DNA of 64,000 nucleotides from Centroscyllium fabricii. Its lineage: Eukaryota. The stretch is from NCBI GenBank assembly GCA_051313645.2, contig JBNRSN020000019.1, positions 47,182,001 through 47,246,000 on the forward strand, read 5' to 3'. Position numbers and translations under genes: made by a program. Within the stretch, counting starts at the first letter, position 1, and each line of letters starts with the position of its first letter. This document shows positions 12,614 to 25,679 of the stretch, piece by piece. The notes beneath the pieces were generated by a model. That model had not been told where the DNA came from, made no database searches, and saw only the letters and a list, made by a program, of their open reading frames with translations.

Positions 12614-14530
12614 GAAACATAGAAACATAGAAGATAGGAGCAGGATTGGCCATTCGGCCCCTCGTGCCTGCTCCACCATTCAATGAGATCATGGCTGATC
12701 ATCCAAACTCAGTACCCTGTCCCTGCCTTCTCCCCATATCCCTTGATCCCTCTAGCCTTAAGAAATACATCCAGCTACTTCTTGAATATATTCAATGAAC
12801 TAGCCTCCACCACCCTCTGTGGCAGAGAATGCCACAGGTTCACCACTCTCTGGGTGAAGAAATTCCTCCTCATCTCTGTCCTAAATGAGTTACCCCTTAT
12901 CCTTAGAGTATGACCCCTGGTTCTGGACTCTCCGATCATCGGGAACACTCTTCCTGCATCAAGTTTGTCCAGCCCAGTTAGAATTTTATACGTTTCGATG
13001 AGATCCCCTCTCGATCTTCTAAATTCCAGAGAGTACAAACCCAGTCTCCTCTGTCTCCTCAAACGTCATTCCTGCCATCCCAGGTATCAGCCTGGTGAAT
13101 CTTCTCTGCATTTCCTCCATGGTAAGAACGTCCTTTCTTAGATAAGGAGACCAAAATTGCACACCGTACTCAAGGTGTGGTCTCACCAAGGCCCTGTACA
13201 ACTGCAGCAAGACCTCCCTGTTCCTGTACTCGAACCCTTTCGCCATGAAGGCCAACATACCATTTGCCGCCTTAACCGCCTGCTGCACCTGCATGCTCAC
13301 CTTCAGTGACTGGTGCACAAGGACACCCAGGTCTCGTTGTACTTCCCCTTCTCCCAATCTATTGCCATTCAGATAATAGTCGGCATTTCTGTTTTTGCCC
13401 CCAAAGTGAATAACCTTGCATTTATCCACATTATACTGCATCTGCCACGTCTCAGCCCACTCGCCCAACCTGTCCAAATCATCCTGGAGCTTCGTGGTAT
13501 CCTCCTCCACAGCACACACGCCCTCCCAGCTTTGTGTCATCTGCAAACTTGTAGACATTACATTTAGTTCCCTTTTCTAAATCATTAATGTATATTGTGA
13601 ATGGCTGGGGTCCCAGGACCGATCCCTGCGGTACCCCACTAGTCTCCGCCTGCCACTCGGAAAAAGACCCATTTACTCTCTGCTTTCTGTCCGCCAACCA
13701 ATTCTCAATCCAAGTCAATAACTTGCCCCCAATCGCATGTGCCCTAACTTTACATGCTAATCTCTTGTGCTGGACCTTGTCAAACGCCTTCTGAAAGTCT
13801 AAGTACACCACATCTACTGGTTCTCCCTGATCAATTTTCCCAGTTACATCCTCAAAAAATTCCAGTAGATTAGTCAAGCCCGATTTACCTTTTGTAAATC
13901 CATGTTGACTTTGTCCGATCCTGCCACTGATTTTCAAGTGCTCAGCTGTTACATCCTTTATTATGGACTCCAGCATCTTCCCCACTACTGATGTCAGGCT
14001 TACTGGTCTGTAATTTCCCGCTTTCTCCCTACCACCCTTTTTGAATAGTGAGGAAACATTAGCCACCCTCCAATCCATGGGTACAATTCCAGATTCCATC
14101 GATTGTTGGAAGATAATCAGTAATGCATCCACTATTTCTAGGGCTACTTTCTTAAGTACCCTAGAATGTAGATTATCAGGCCTGGGGATTTATCAGCCTT
14201 TAATCCCATCAATTTCCCTAACACCATTTCCCTGCAAATACAGATTTCTTTCAGTTCCTCCCTTTCATCAAACCTTATGTTCCCCAATATCTCGGGGAGA
14301 TTACTTGTGTCCTCCTTTGTGAAGACAGAACCAAAATATGCATTTAATTGGTCTGCCATTTCTTTGTTCCCCATTATCACTTCCCCTGCTTCTGACTGTA
14401 AGGGACCTACACTTGATTTAGCTAATCTTTTTCTCTTCACATATCTATAAAAGCTCTTAGTCAGTTTTTATATTCCCTGCAAGCTTACTTTCATATTCTA
14501 TTTTCCCCTTCTTAATTAATTCCTTTGTTG
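12614..14530 (-). mobile_element. 5'-truncated CR1 LINE with frameshifts
   Basis: Minus-strand ORFs 14144-14440, 13479-14132, 13019-13558 and 12775-13062 give consecutive RT pieces (NYRPVSLTS, DFQKAFDK, GVPQGSVLGP, FADD). Tail gaaacatagaaacatag at 12614. Confidence 0.93.
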
Positions 14531-14559
14531 AGGACTAACTATTAAACAGTAGGAGCTCT

Positions 14560-16055
14560 TCATATGAGGCACCCTTGGCCTCAATTTTTGATGCCTCACT
14601 AACAGCAGGGGTGGTGCCGGGAGATTGGCGGGAGGCAAATGTGGTCCCACTATTCAAGAAAGGGTCCAGGGAGGAACCGGGAAACTACAGACCGGTCAGC
14701 CTGACCTCGGTGGTTGGTAAAATAATGGAGAGGGTCCTGAGGGATAGGGTGTACAGGCACTTAGAGGAGATTAAATTCATCAGGAACAGCCAGCACGGAT
14801 TTGTGAAGGGAAAATCGTGTCTGACGAACCTGATTGAATTTTTCGAGGAAGTGACCAGGAGTGTGGATGAGGGAAAGGCAGTGGATGTGATCTATATGGA
14901 TTTCAGCAAGGCCTTTGATAAGGTTCCTCATGGAAGACTGATGAGGAAAGTAAGGGGGTGTGGGGTAAATGGGAGAATAGCAAATTGGATAGAGAACTGG
15001 CTAGCGGAGAGGAGACAGAGGGTAGTAGTGGATGGAAGTTACTCCAGTTGGAGACCGGTCACCAGCGGGGTTCCGCAGGGATCGGTGCTGGGTCCACTAC
15101 TATTTGCTATCTTCATAAATGACTTGGAGGAGGGAGCAGAGGGTTGGGTCAGTAAGTTTGCGGACGATACCAAAATAGGAGGAGAAGTGGATGAGGAAGA
15201 AGGGGGGGAGAGACTACAGAGGGACATTGAGGGAATGCAGGAATGGGCTGAGAGATGGCAGATGGAGTTCAATGCTGAGAAGTGCGAGGTGATGCACTTT
15301 GGCAGCAGGAACGGAAGGAGGGAATATAGGCTAAACGGGAAAGTACTAAAGGAAACAGAAGAACAGAGGGATCTGGGGGTGTATGTTCATAGGTCACTGA
15401 AGGCGGCCACTCAGGTGGACAGGGCGGCAAGGAAGGCCTATGGGATACTGGCCTTCATCAACAGGGGCCTGGAGTTTAGGGACAGGGAGGTGTTGATAAG
15501 GCTGTATACAGCGCTGGTGCGACCACACTTGGAGTACTGCGTTCAGTTCTGGGCACCTAGGTACAAGAAGGATGTGGAGACTCTGGAGAGAGTGCAGAGG
15601 AGATTTACGAGGATGCTGCCGGGGATGGGGGGGAGGACGTACGAGGAGAGACTGAGGGAACTGGGGCTGTTCTCTCTGGAGAGAAGAAGGGCCAGGGGAG
15701 ACCTGATAGAGGTATTCAAGATGATAAAGGGTATTGACCAGGTGGACGTACAAAGACTATTTCCAAGGATGAGGGAGACGGGCACGAGAGGACATTCGTA
15801 TAAAATACAGGGAGGGAAGTTCAGAAGAGATGGAAGAGGGGGGTTCTTCACGCAAAGGGTCGTGAGTGAGTGGAATAGGCTGCCAGCACAGATTGTAGAG
15901 GCGAGCAGCCTGGAGGCGTTCAAGAGAAAACTGGACATTTATATGGGGGCGGAAGGGTATTAGATAGGGAGGCAGGAGGGAGGGGGCGGCATGACTTGTG
16001 GGCCGAAAGGCCTGTTCAGTGCCGTAATTGTCTATTGTCTATTGTCTATTGTCTA
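14560..16055 (+). mobile_element. Young 5'-truncated CR1 LINE with uninterrupted 462-aa RT ORF (14575-15963)
   Basis: Complete RT motifs without stops. Short 3' UTR ending in (ATTGTCT)n at ~16027-16055. Confidence 0.95.
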
Positions 16056-16482
16056 TACCTTCCAAATCCCATCTTATAATTAAACTTCCAGCTTTGATCA
16101 AGATGACTTTTTGTATAATCAGTTATTAATCATGTTCAAGATCAATTTGACAAAACTCTAGATTGCACACCCGTAGAGTTGCGCTACACAGTGGAAGATT
16201 ATTTTGCCATTAATGAAGTTTGTGATCAAGTACAGAAAATACTGCACAGCTGATTATCAAAACTTTAGACTAGCATATAGTTTGTGAACATTTTGTATTG
16301 CTTATTTGAATTTGTTTTATTTGATGGTAGGGTTTTTATTATGAAATGCTAAATTCCTTCTCAAATTTGAAGTGTGCTGCTTTATATGATACATTGAGAA
16401 TATCTTTGAAGACCTGTATTTGCTAAGTCATTCACTCTCAGCCTTGGTTGATGCAACTCCTCTTCCCATTCATTACTTGTAG

Positions 16483-16584
16483 GTGCAACAGCTAAGCACG
16501 GAAGCTCTTGACCAACAATTAAAACAGGCTCTTACTCCACCCACTGAGCAGTTGCCACCCTTTCCAGGACCTTCACTAACCCAG
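16483..16584 (+). CDS. WNK1: WNK1 coding exon (..TEQLPPFPGPSLTQ), phase 0-0
   Basis: ttgtag| acceptor and CAG|gtgcaa donor. EQLPPFPGPSLTQ matches human WNK1. Confidence 0.93.
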
Positions 16585-17339
16585 GTGCAATAATATTACC
16601 CAGTGTGCTCTTTGTGAATTCATTACTCTATATATGTGCCATGTCCTCTGCATGTGATTCATTTCATCTGATTGCAAATTATCTGATGCATGTTCTGTGT
16701 CTTGCTTATTAACCCTTTAATTGTAAGTTAATTCAGCATTGTATGCAGTACAAGCTAAACCTCTTGATGCGCAACACCCATGGGTTGGACAAATTGCTCC
16801 CTTTATCTATTCCTTCTGTTCACCAGGTATTGATGAACATATGGCAGATGAGTCCATATACGAGAAAATGTTCAGTATCACTGAACATTTCTAGTCACAG
16901 AATGCCCTTTAACGTGCATGTAGCAGTCAGTGGTTTTGGCGTGCTCAATCCATCAATTAATGATGTGGGTTTGGTTCAGTACTGTTAATTGAGCCAATTC
17001 CAATGTTGAAAAATGATTGAACACCTGCTGTAAAAGATTATGCAGGAAACATAAAAGCTACGGTTATTTTCTGCATAAGTCCATGTCAGGTGGATTCTGC
17101 AGAAAATATTCTGGTGTGCACAAGATGTAGGACAGTTCTGGATGTTTCCGAAATATTTTCTTCTGGTAGAGTATTGTGGTGCATCACTTGCTCTCCGTAT
17201 AATCCCATGATAATGGAAGCAGAGACACCACAAAAAATTCTTGACACTTTGTTTAAACCACAGGTTCCACCGTGCAAGTAGACTTAATCCCACAAAGGCC
17301 TCCTGGACTGATTCATATTGTCTCCACCCTGCCAACAAT

Positions 17340-20300
17340 TACCACTGCATGTCTTGCTGAATCTCCTCCAAGCCTCTAACTTGGCATTCCCTTTGTATCC
17401 ATTCATATGCACACTTTAGCTACATCCAGATCTGGGATCATTACTTCTTTCTCCCTTTTTGTTTTGGCCCTCTGAGGCCTTACCATCCTCCTCTTCCCTT
17501 CACCTAGCCGTGGCACCTTTCATCTAACTCTCTCTCTGGTATTTTGCCCACCCCGACCCCCTACTCCAACCCATCACCACTCTTCAGTCTACCCTGTCTC
17601 CTGTTGCTATCCCAAGGTTGAATTCCCTCTTTGAACAAGCTGCTGACTCATCCTCTTCATTTCTCCAATGAGCCCATTGTGGTACCCATCATTGCTTCCT
17701 TAGGAGCAGCAACCTAAATTACCCCATTCTCTACTATCACTGACCATCTCACCCAGCATACTCCTCCGTTTTCAACTTCTTCAACCACTCCCTACCCTTC
17801 TTGCCTTTTGCACGACTGCTGGCACACAATTACTGCCCCCTCTATTTGCCTCCTAAATGTTTCCTCATTGCAAACAAGACTTTTACCATCCATAACTTAA
17901 TGTCGATGATTGTATCAACATCCTGGTGTGATGGACAAATGGATCACAGACAAAGACATTTCACAGAATTCTTCGCACCAGCCTATTCACTTAACCATTA
18001 GCTCCGCCCTAACCTTGGTCTCTTCCCCTGGCACTTTCTCATTGCCCTGAACATCTTGCCCTTTTCCATCTCTCATTTCATTTAAAATCCTCATTGGCTA
18101 AAGAAGAAAGAACTTGCATTTGTATAGTGCCTTTCACAACGTCAGGATGTCGTAAAACGCTTTACAGCCAATTAAGTACTTTTGAAGTGTAGTCACTGTT
18201 GTAATGTCGGAAACACGGCACCCAATTTGAGCATAGCAAGGTCCCTCGAACAGTAATGTGATAATGACTGGATAATCTTTTTTCGTGATATTAGTTGAGG
18301 GATAAATATTGGCCAGGACACCAGGGAGAAATCCCATGCTCTATATAAAAAAAATACATTTTTAATTAAATAAATGTAAAAAGATTAAAAATATATTTTT
18401 TAACTAACGCCAGGCGATTCTTTACATCAACCTGAGAGGGAAGATGGTGCCTCGGTTTAACATCTCATCTGAAAGACGAGACTACCTCCACTCCCAATCC
18501 TCATGCCGACTTCCTCCTGGACATGCCCTCTCTTTCTCTCCTTTGCCCCTGCACTTAACATGACTCGTCTTCAGTGCTTTCAGTCTTCACCCTAGCCCCC
18601 TCTTCTCTGAATACACCATGTTCTTGTCCTCCCTCAATCTCACCCTTTGTATAAACTCCCCATATCATATCCTTGATCATCCCCTCAACCTAGTCATATC
18701 TCGTAGCCTCTCTAGCCCCGTGGTCTCAATTTCTGACATGGCTATTTCTGACCACTTCATTGTCTCACTTACCACCCACATCTCTCTACTTGCCTACGAT
18801 TTCACTACTGTCATAAAGTGCTTTTAGAAAACCCTCCTCTAGGAACCTTAGAACCTCAGTCTCAAATTCCCACCTCCATGTTCCACAACTAGACAATGTA
18901 GACCATGACGAGCTATTTCACCTTGTCCAGCACAGTAGAACCACAGGACACGCTTGAAGAGATAAATTCAAAACAAATGTGCGGAAACAATATTTCAATG
19001 AGCAAGTGGTCAATCTATGGAACAGACTCCCAAGGGAGATGATGGAAGCAGTTAATATTGACTTTATTCAAATGCAGATTAGGTAGATTTTGTTCAAAAT
19101 ATATTTTGTGCTACAGTATGAATAATTTGAGACATGACATGGTAAGTGTAGCATGCTTGGAGGGAAAAGGTGACTTTGAACCTACGGTTCCCAAAGCTTT
19201 CCACCACTGGGATGTTGTGTGTAATTTCTGAGCCTGTTGTAGATCCATTATTAGAGATTGATTAGTCAACAGCTCTTGTTACCATGTGACTACCAGGCTA
19301 GCAGAAGGCAAACTAGATGGCCCTTGTTCTTATCTAGAAATTCATATGTTTGTTCCTCTGTAACACTTAATTTTTTTTGCTGTTGATTTTCATAACTATT
19401 CCTCACACCCTATTCCTCCACTCCTACACCATCACCAAACACCAAGTATGAGTAATTCATGGATTTAATCATCACCAAGATGGAGACCAAGTGTGCAGCT
19501 GCTTCCACTGCACCCTCCCCTTCCCTTTACCCATAGGCCCCAACATTCCCTGAACCCCTGCTTCCCCCAAACTACCTGCAGTCTGCAAGTTCATCTTATT
19601 TTGTGAACCCAATCTGCTGCTGCCTCAATCCCATTCCCACTCAACTCCTGATCACCTAACTCCTTTTCCTTGCTCCATGCTAGCTGGCATTTGTCAGTAG
19701 GTAGATATCCTGAGATGTTGCCACTCCATTCAAAACTGCCATTGTCACCCACTTCTCAAAAAAAAACCTAGCTACCCTCAACTCCCTTCTGGCCTTTGTA
19801 ATTACTGCCCATCTGAGCTTTCATTTCCTGTCCAAGGTCTTTCAACAAATCATCACATCCCAGCTCAATATTCATCTCTCCCATAACTCCTTGCTTCAAT
19901 CTCTCTAGTTTGGCTTCCGCCCTTCTCACCGCACCAAAGTCGAAGGACATCCTTTGTCACTGTGACCATGGTGTTTCATCCCTCTTCGACACCTCTGCAG
20001 CAATCGACATGGTTGACCACGCCAACCTCCTCCAATGTCTCTCTTCCATCATTCAGCTTCATGGGACCGTCTTTTTATGGCTCCGATCCTACCTATCCAA
20101 AGTAGCCAGTACATCTCCAAGAATGGCTTCTTTTCCTTCCATTTTCACAATCATGTCTGGGGTCCCGCAAGGACCTACAATGATTCCTCCTCCTCTTCCT
20201 TGTCTACATGTCGCCACTCAGTGACATCAGCAGCAGCCATGGGGCCAACCTCCACTTGTAATGCTGAGAACACTCGGCTGTACCTCACATACCTCGACCC

Positions 20301-20520
20301 TCTTTGTGCTGTCAGGCTGCTTGTCTATTATCCAGTCTTGCATGAGTCACAACTTCCTCTAGATTAATGTTGGGAAGGACAGAAGCCATCATCTTTGGCC
20401 CCTGCCACCAGCTTTTCTCCCTTGCCACCAATTCATTCCTTTTTCTCCAGCCACTATCAAGTTTAACCAGACTGTTTGCAACCTTGGGATCCTTTTCAGC
20501 CCCGGACTTGATTTCTGACC
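17340..20520 (+). mobile_element. Old, heavily decayed L2-type LINE interrupted by younger inserts
   Basis: Pyrimidine-rich. Remnant motifs HPLNLVISR..SISDMAISDHF (endonuclease) and DTSAAIDMVDH..LL, SGVPQG (RT). Boundaries approximate. Confidence 0.6.
18100..18478 (-). mobile_element. Deu-domain SINE (SacSINE1/AmnSINE-like), 5'-truncated
   Basis: Minus strand reads ..GATGAGATGTTAAACCGAGG..GGTGTCCTGGCCAATATTTATCCCTCAAC..GTGACTACACTTCAAAAGTAC..AAATGCAAGTTCTTTCTT, typical of Deu-SINE body and tail. Confidence 0.8.
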
Positions 20521-20599
20521 CTAAAACTAAACTATAAGCTAGGTTAATTAAATACATAAACTTGAATTCATTAAATAAATAAAGCAAGGTTAGATAGGG

Positions 20600-20850
20600 A
20601 TGGCAGTGCAGGTGGTGTGCCGCAACTGCAGCATGTCGGAGGTTGTGGAGAGAATCGTGATCCTGGACAACCACATCTGCAGTAAGTGTCTGCATCTTGA
20701 GGAACTTCAGCGCAGAGTTGTTGAACTGGAGTCCGAGGTGCAGACCTTGTAGGGCATCAGGGAGGGGGAGAGTTACATGGGCACTTTGATTCAGGAGGCA
20801 GTCACACACATTAGGTTAGGTAGTGGTACAGGTCTGGTTAGTGGTCAGGA
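20600..20850 (+). mobile_element. CR1 ORF1 N-terminal zinc-finger/leucine-zipper fragment
   Basis: Translates MAVQVVCRNCSM..HICSKCLHLEELQRRVVELESEVQTL (CxxC..CxxC plus heptad leucines). Confidence 0.7.
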
Positions 20851-20852
20851 AA

Positions 20853-23800
20853 GGGGAGGCAGTGGCGTAGTGGTTATATCACTAGACTAGTAAGCCAGAG
20901 GCTCCGTCAAATGCTCTGAGGATATGGGTTCAAATCCCACCACGGCAGCTGGTGGAATTTCAATTTAATTCTGGAATTAAATGTTAGTCTTAGTAATGGC
21001 GACCATGATACCATTGTCGATTGTTGCAAAAACCCATCTGGTTCACTAATGTCCTTCAGGGAAGGAAATCTGCCGTCCTTACCTGGTCTGGCCCACATGT
21101 GACTCCAGACCCACAGCAATGTGGTTGACTCTTAATGCCCTCTGAAATGGCCTAGCAAGCCACTCAGTTGTAAACAACCGCTACGAAAAACAAGAATAAA
21201 ACCAGACGGACCACCCAGCATCGACCTCTGCACCGGAAACGACAACGTCAACGGCAAACCCGGCCCTGTCGACGCTGCAAAGTCCTCCTCACAAACATCT
21301 GGGGACTTGTGCCAAAATTGGGAGAGCTATCCCACAGACTAGTCAAGCAACAGCCTGACATAGTCATACTCACAGAATCATACCTTACAGCCAATGCCCC
21401 AGACACCACCATCACCATTCCTGGGTATGTCCTGTCCCACCGGCAGGACAGATCCACCAGAGGTGGTGGCACCGTGGTATGCAGTTGGGAGGAAGTAGCC
21501 CTGGGAGTCCTCAACATTGACTCCGGACCCCATGAGGTCTCATGGCATCAAGTCAGACATGGGCAAGGAAACCTCCTGCTAATTACCACCTACTGCCCTC
21601 CCTCAGCTGATGAATCAGTACTCCTCCATGTTGAACATCAATTGGAAGAAGCACTGAGAGTAGCAAGGGCCCAAAATGTCCTCTGGGTGGGGGACTTCAA
21701 TGTCCATCACCAAGAGTGGCTCAATGGCACCACAACTGACCGAGCTGGCCGAGTCCTAAAGGACATAGCTGCCAGACTGGGTCTGCGACAGGTGGTGAGG
21801 GAACCAACAAGAGGGAAACACCTACTTGATCTCGTCCTCACCAATCTACCTGTTGCATTGGTGGAAGTGACCACCGCACAGTCCTTGTGGAGACGAAGTC
21901 CCATCTTCATGTTGATGATACCCTCCGCCGTGTTGTGTGGCACTACCACCGTGCTAAATGGGACAGATTTCGAACAGATCTGGCAACTCAAAACTGGGCA
22001 TCCATGAGGCGCTGTGGGCCATCAGCAGCAGCAGAATTGTATTCAACCACAATCTGTAACCTCATGGCTCGGCATATCCCTCACTCTACCATTACCATCA
22101 AGCTGGGAGATCAACCCTGGTTTAACGAAGAGTGCAGGAGAGCATGCCAGGTACAGCACCAAGCATACCGAAAAATGAGGTCAACCTGGTGAGGCTACAA
22201 CACAGGACTACTTGCATGCCAAACAACAGAAGCAACATGCGATAGACAGAGCTAGGCGATCTCCCAACCATCGGATCAAATCAAAGCTCTGCAGTCCTGC
22301 CACATCAAGTCATGAGTGGTGGTGGACAATTAAACAGTTAACAGGAGGAAGAGGCTCCAAAAATATCCCCATCCTCAATGATGGTGGAGCCCAGCACGTG
22401 AATGCAAAAGACAAGGCTGAAGCATTTGCAACTATCTTCAGCCAGAAATGCCGAGTGGATGATCTATCTCGGCCTCCTCCTGAGGTCCCCAGCATCACAG
22501 ATGCCAGTCTTCAGCCCATTCAATTCACTCCACATGATGTCAAGAAACGGCTGAAGACACTGGATACTGCAAAGGCTATGTATGGGCCCTGACACCATTC
22601 CGGCAATAGTACTGAAGACTTGTGCTCCAGAACTAGCTGCACCCCAAGCCAAGCTATTCCAGTACAGCTACAACACTGGCATCTACCCGGCAATGTGGAA
22701 AATTGCCCAAGTATGTCCTGTTGACAACAAGCAGGACAAATCCGACCCGGCCAATTACCGTCCCATCAGTCTACTCTCAATCATCAGCAAAGTGATGGAA
22801 GGTGTCGTCGACAGTGCTATCAAGTGGCACTTACTCAGCAATAACCTGCTAACTGATGCCCAGTTTGGGTTCCGCCAGGGCCACTCATTTCTGACCTCAT
22901 TACAGCCTTAGTCCAAACATGGGTAAAAGAGCTGAACTCAGGAGGTGAGGTGAGAGTGACTGCCCTTGACATCAAGGCAGCATTTGATCGAGTGTGGCAT
23001 CAAGGAGCCCTGGCAAAGCTGAAGTCAATGGGAATCAAGGGGGAAACTCTCCATTGGTTGGAATCATACCTAGCACAAAGGAAGTTGGCTGTGGTTGTTG
23101 GCGGTCATTCATCAACCACAGGACATAAATGCAGAAGTTCCTCAGGGCAGTGTCCTAGGCCCAACCATCTTCAGCTGTTTCATCAATGACCTTCCCTCCA
23201 TCATAAGGTCAGAAGTGGGGATGTTCGCTGATGATTGCACACTGTTCAGCACTATTCGAGACACGTCAGATACTGACTCAGTCCATGTCCATATGCAGCA
23301 AGACCTGGACAACATTCAGAATTGGGCTGACAAGTGGCAAGTAACATTCGCACCACACAAGTGCCAGGCAATGACCATCTCCAACAAGCGAGGCTCTAAC
23401 CATCTCCCCTTGACATTCAATGGCATTATCATTGCTGAATCCCCCACTATCAACATCCTGGGCGTTACCATTGATCGGAAACTGAACTGGACCAGCCATA
23501 TAAATACTGTGGCTACAAGAGCAGGCCAGAGGCTGGGAATTCTGTGGCGAGTGTCTCTCCTCCTGACTCCCCAAAGCCTTTCCACCATCTACAAGGCACA
23601 AGTCAGGAGTGTGATGGAATAATCTCCACTTGCCTGGATGAGTGCAGCTCCAACAATACTCAAGAAGCTCGACACCATTCAGGATAAAGTAGGCTGCTTG
23701 ATTGGCACTCCATCCACCACCTTCAACATTAACTCCCTCCACCACCGGCGCACTGTGGCTGCAGTGTGTACCATCTACAAGATGCACTGCAGCAACTCGC

Positions 23801-24077
23801 CAAAGCTCCTTCAACAGCACCTTCCAAACCCGCGACCTCTACCACTTAGAAGGACAAGGTCAGCAGACGCATGGGAACACCACCACCTTCAAGTTCCCCT
23901 CCAAGCCACACACCATCCTGACTTAGAAGTATATCACCGATCCTTCATCATCACTGGGTCAAACTCCTGGAGCTCAAGAAGGCAGCTCACCACCACCTTC
24001 TCGAGGGCAATTAGGGATGGGCAATAAATGCTGGCCTTGCCAGCGTTGTCCACATCCCATAAACTAATTTTAAAAAA
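20853..24077 (+). mobile_element. Near full-length CR1/L2-group LINE with a single frameshifted APE-RT ORF, preceded by a tRNA-like head
   Basis: A box 20863-20873 and B box 20927-20937. APE motifs (PDIVILTES, GDFNVHH, LDLVLTN) from ~21290. RT (NYRPISLL, DIKAAFDRVWH, PQGSVLGP, MFADD). Tail GGGCAATTAGGGATGGGCAATAAATGCTGGCC plus an A-rich end. Confidence 0.88.
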
Positions 24078-24956
24078 TTGATGGAGAAAATGGAATATGA
24101 GGGTAAACTAGCAAGAGGCAAAACAGATTGCAGGAGTTTCTGTAGTTATGAGAAAAGGAAGAGATTAACAAAAGTAAACATGGGTCCCTTACCGGCAGAG
24201 ACGGGAGCAATTATAATGGGGAATAAGGAAATGGCAAAAGCATGAAACAAATACTTTGCATCTGTCTTCACGGAAGAAGATACAAAAAACCATTCCGGGA
24301 ATAGTGGGGAACTTTGGTCCAGTGAGGATGAGGAACTTAATGTAATTAGTATTAGTAAAGAAATAGTACTGGAGAAATTAATGGGAATAAAAGCCGACAA
24401 ATCCCCTGAACCTGATTGCCTACATCGTAGGGTTTTAACAGTTGGCTGCAGAGATAGTGGATGCATTAGTTCTGATCGTCCAGAATTCCCTAGATTCTAG
24501 AACACTTCCTGCTGATTGGAAGGTAGCAGATGTTACCCCACTATTCAAGAAAAGAGGGAGTGAGAAAACCAGGAATTATAGACTAGTTAGCCTGACATCA
24601 GCAGTGGGGAAAATGCTTGAATCTGTTATTAGGCACTAAAAAATTCATAATGTGACTGGGCAGGGTCAACACGGATTTATGAAAGGGAAGTAGTGTTTGA
24701 CAAATCTATTAGGAGGGAGACCTCAGGCTACAGGACAATATCGATGGGTTGGTCAGATGGGCAGAACAGTGGCAAATGGAATTTAACCCTGAAAAGTGTG
24801 AGGTGATGCATTTTGGGAGGATGAACAAGGCAAGGGAATATACAATGAATGGTAGAGTTGCAAAATTCCAGGAATTTTTAAGAGGAAACTTTCCATGGGA
24901 ATTTTTGGGAATTGAGTTTTTTTGCACGCTGATGGTTTTTGTCTCTGACCCGTATA

Positions 24957-25530
24957 CAGGTTGAGCACCATTAATCCGGCACAGGCGGGACCAGGCCCGT
25001 GCCGGGAAAGCGAAAATCCCGAACGATTGAAGCTTCAGCGAGCGCATGTGCAGACCACTCAAAATGGCCGCTGCGAAAGTCCGGTGGCCATTTTGAGTGG
25101 TCTGCGCATGCGCTTGTTGGGGAGGCCCGGCATAATTCGGAGAGACTTGCAGAGCCCCGGCTGGGGCTGGCTCGCGGAGGTTCGTAGAGCCCCGGCTGGG
25201 GGGCGGCTCGCCTTGCAGAGCCCCGACTCGGGCGGCTCGCGGAGGCTTGGGGCGAATCCCAGAGCTCCGGCTGGGGACAGCTCGCAGAGCCCCGGCTCGG
25301 GGCAACTCGCAGAGCCCCGGCTCGGGGTGTTTCACAGAGGCTCGGGATCGGCTCGGCCATTGTGAATGATCTGCGCATGCGCTCGCCGTTCGGCGGCGCA
25401 TGCGCAGATCATTCGCCAAAGCATCAATCGCCGCGGCCATTTTGCACATGCGCAGGGCAGTCAGGGCAATTTGTGCCGGACGTTCGAAGTTGCTGGCTTT
25501 TCGGGTAACTGATTAACGGTGTTCAACCTG
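24957..25530. mobile_element. Tigger/pogo-like MITE, CAGGTTGAGCACC family, copy 1 (inside the hAT)
   Basis: TIRs CAGGTTGAGCACCATTAATC / GATTAACGGTGTTCAACCTG with TA TSD. GC-rich interior with AGAGCCCCGGCT repeats. Confidence 0.88.
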
Positions 25531-25679
25531 TATTATCTTTGTCATCAAAATAGACATACTGTTCCATACAAATAAAAACAGGCTTTCAAAACTTTATTTA
25601 GGTTATAATTTTGAACTTGATTGAACCCCCACAAAAAAGACCCATCTAAAATACAATAAAAAGAGCGTCAGCTTATTTA

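Noticed and set aside
14575-15963. Host gene or domesticated reverse transcriptase
   Set aside because: 5'-truncated, starts at TTG, and ends in a CR1 microsatellite tail, so it is simply a young LINE copy.
16810-16833. Recursive splice site (pyrimidine tract, CAG|GTATTG)
   Set aside because: The regenerated donor is weak and lies only ~240 nt into the intron. Insufficient support.
17090-17281. ORF with CxxC..CxxC pattern suggesting a zinc ribbon
   Set aside because: Short, GTG start, no splice sites or other family motifs. Likely chance.
20853-20945. Functional tRNA gene
   Set aside because: A and B boxes are present, but there is no convincing cloverleaf or downstream T-run terminator. 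The sequence continues into a retroelement body.
24709-25449. 246-aa and overlapping GC-rich ORFs (also at 35130-35741, 45172-45606 and 46197-46611)
   Set aside because: They arise from stop-poor GC-rich MITE interiors. No recognisable domain or splice context.
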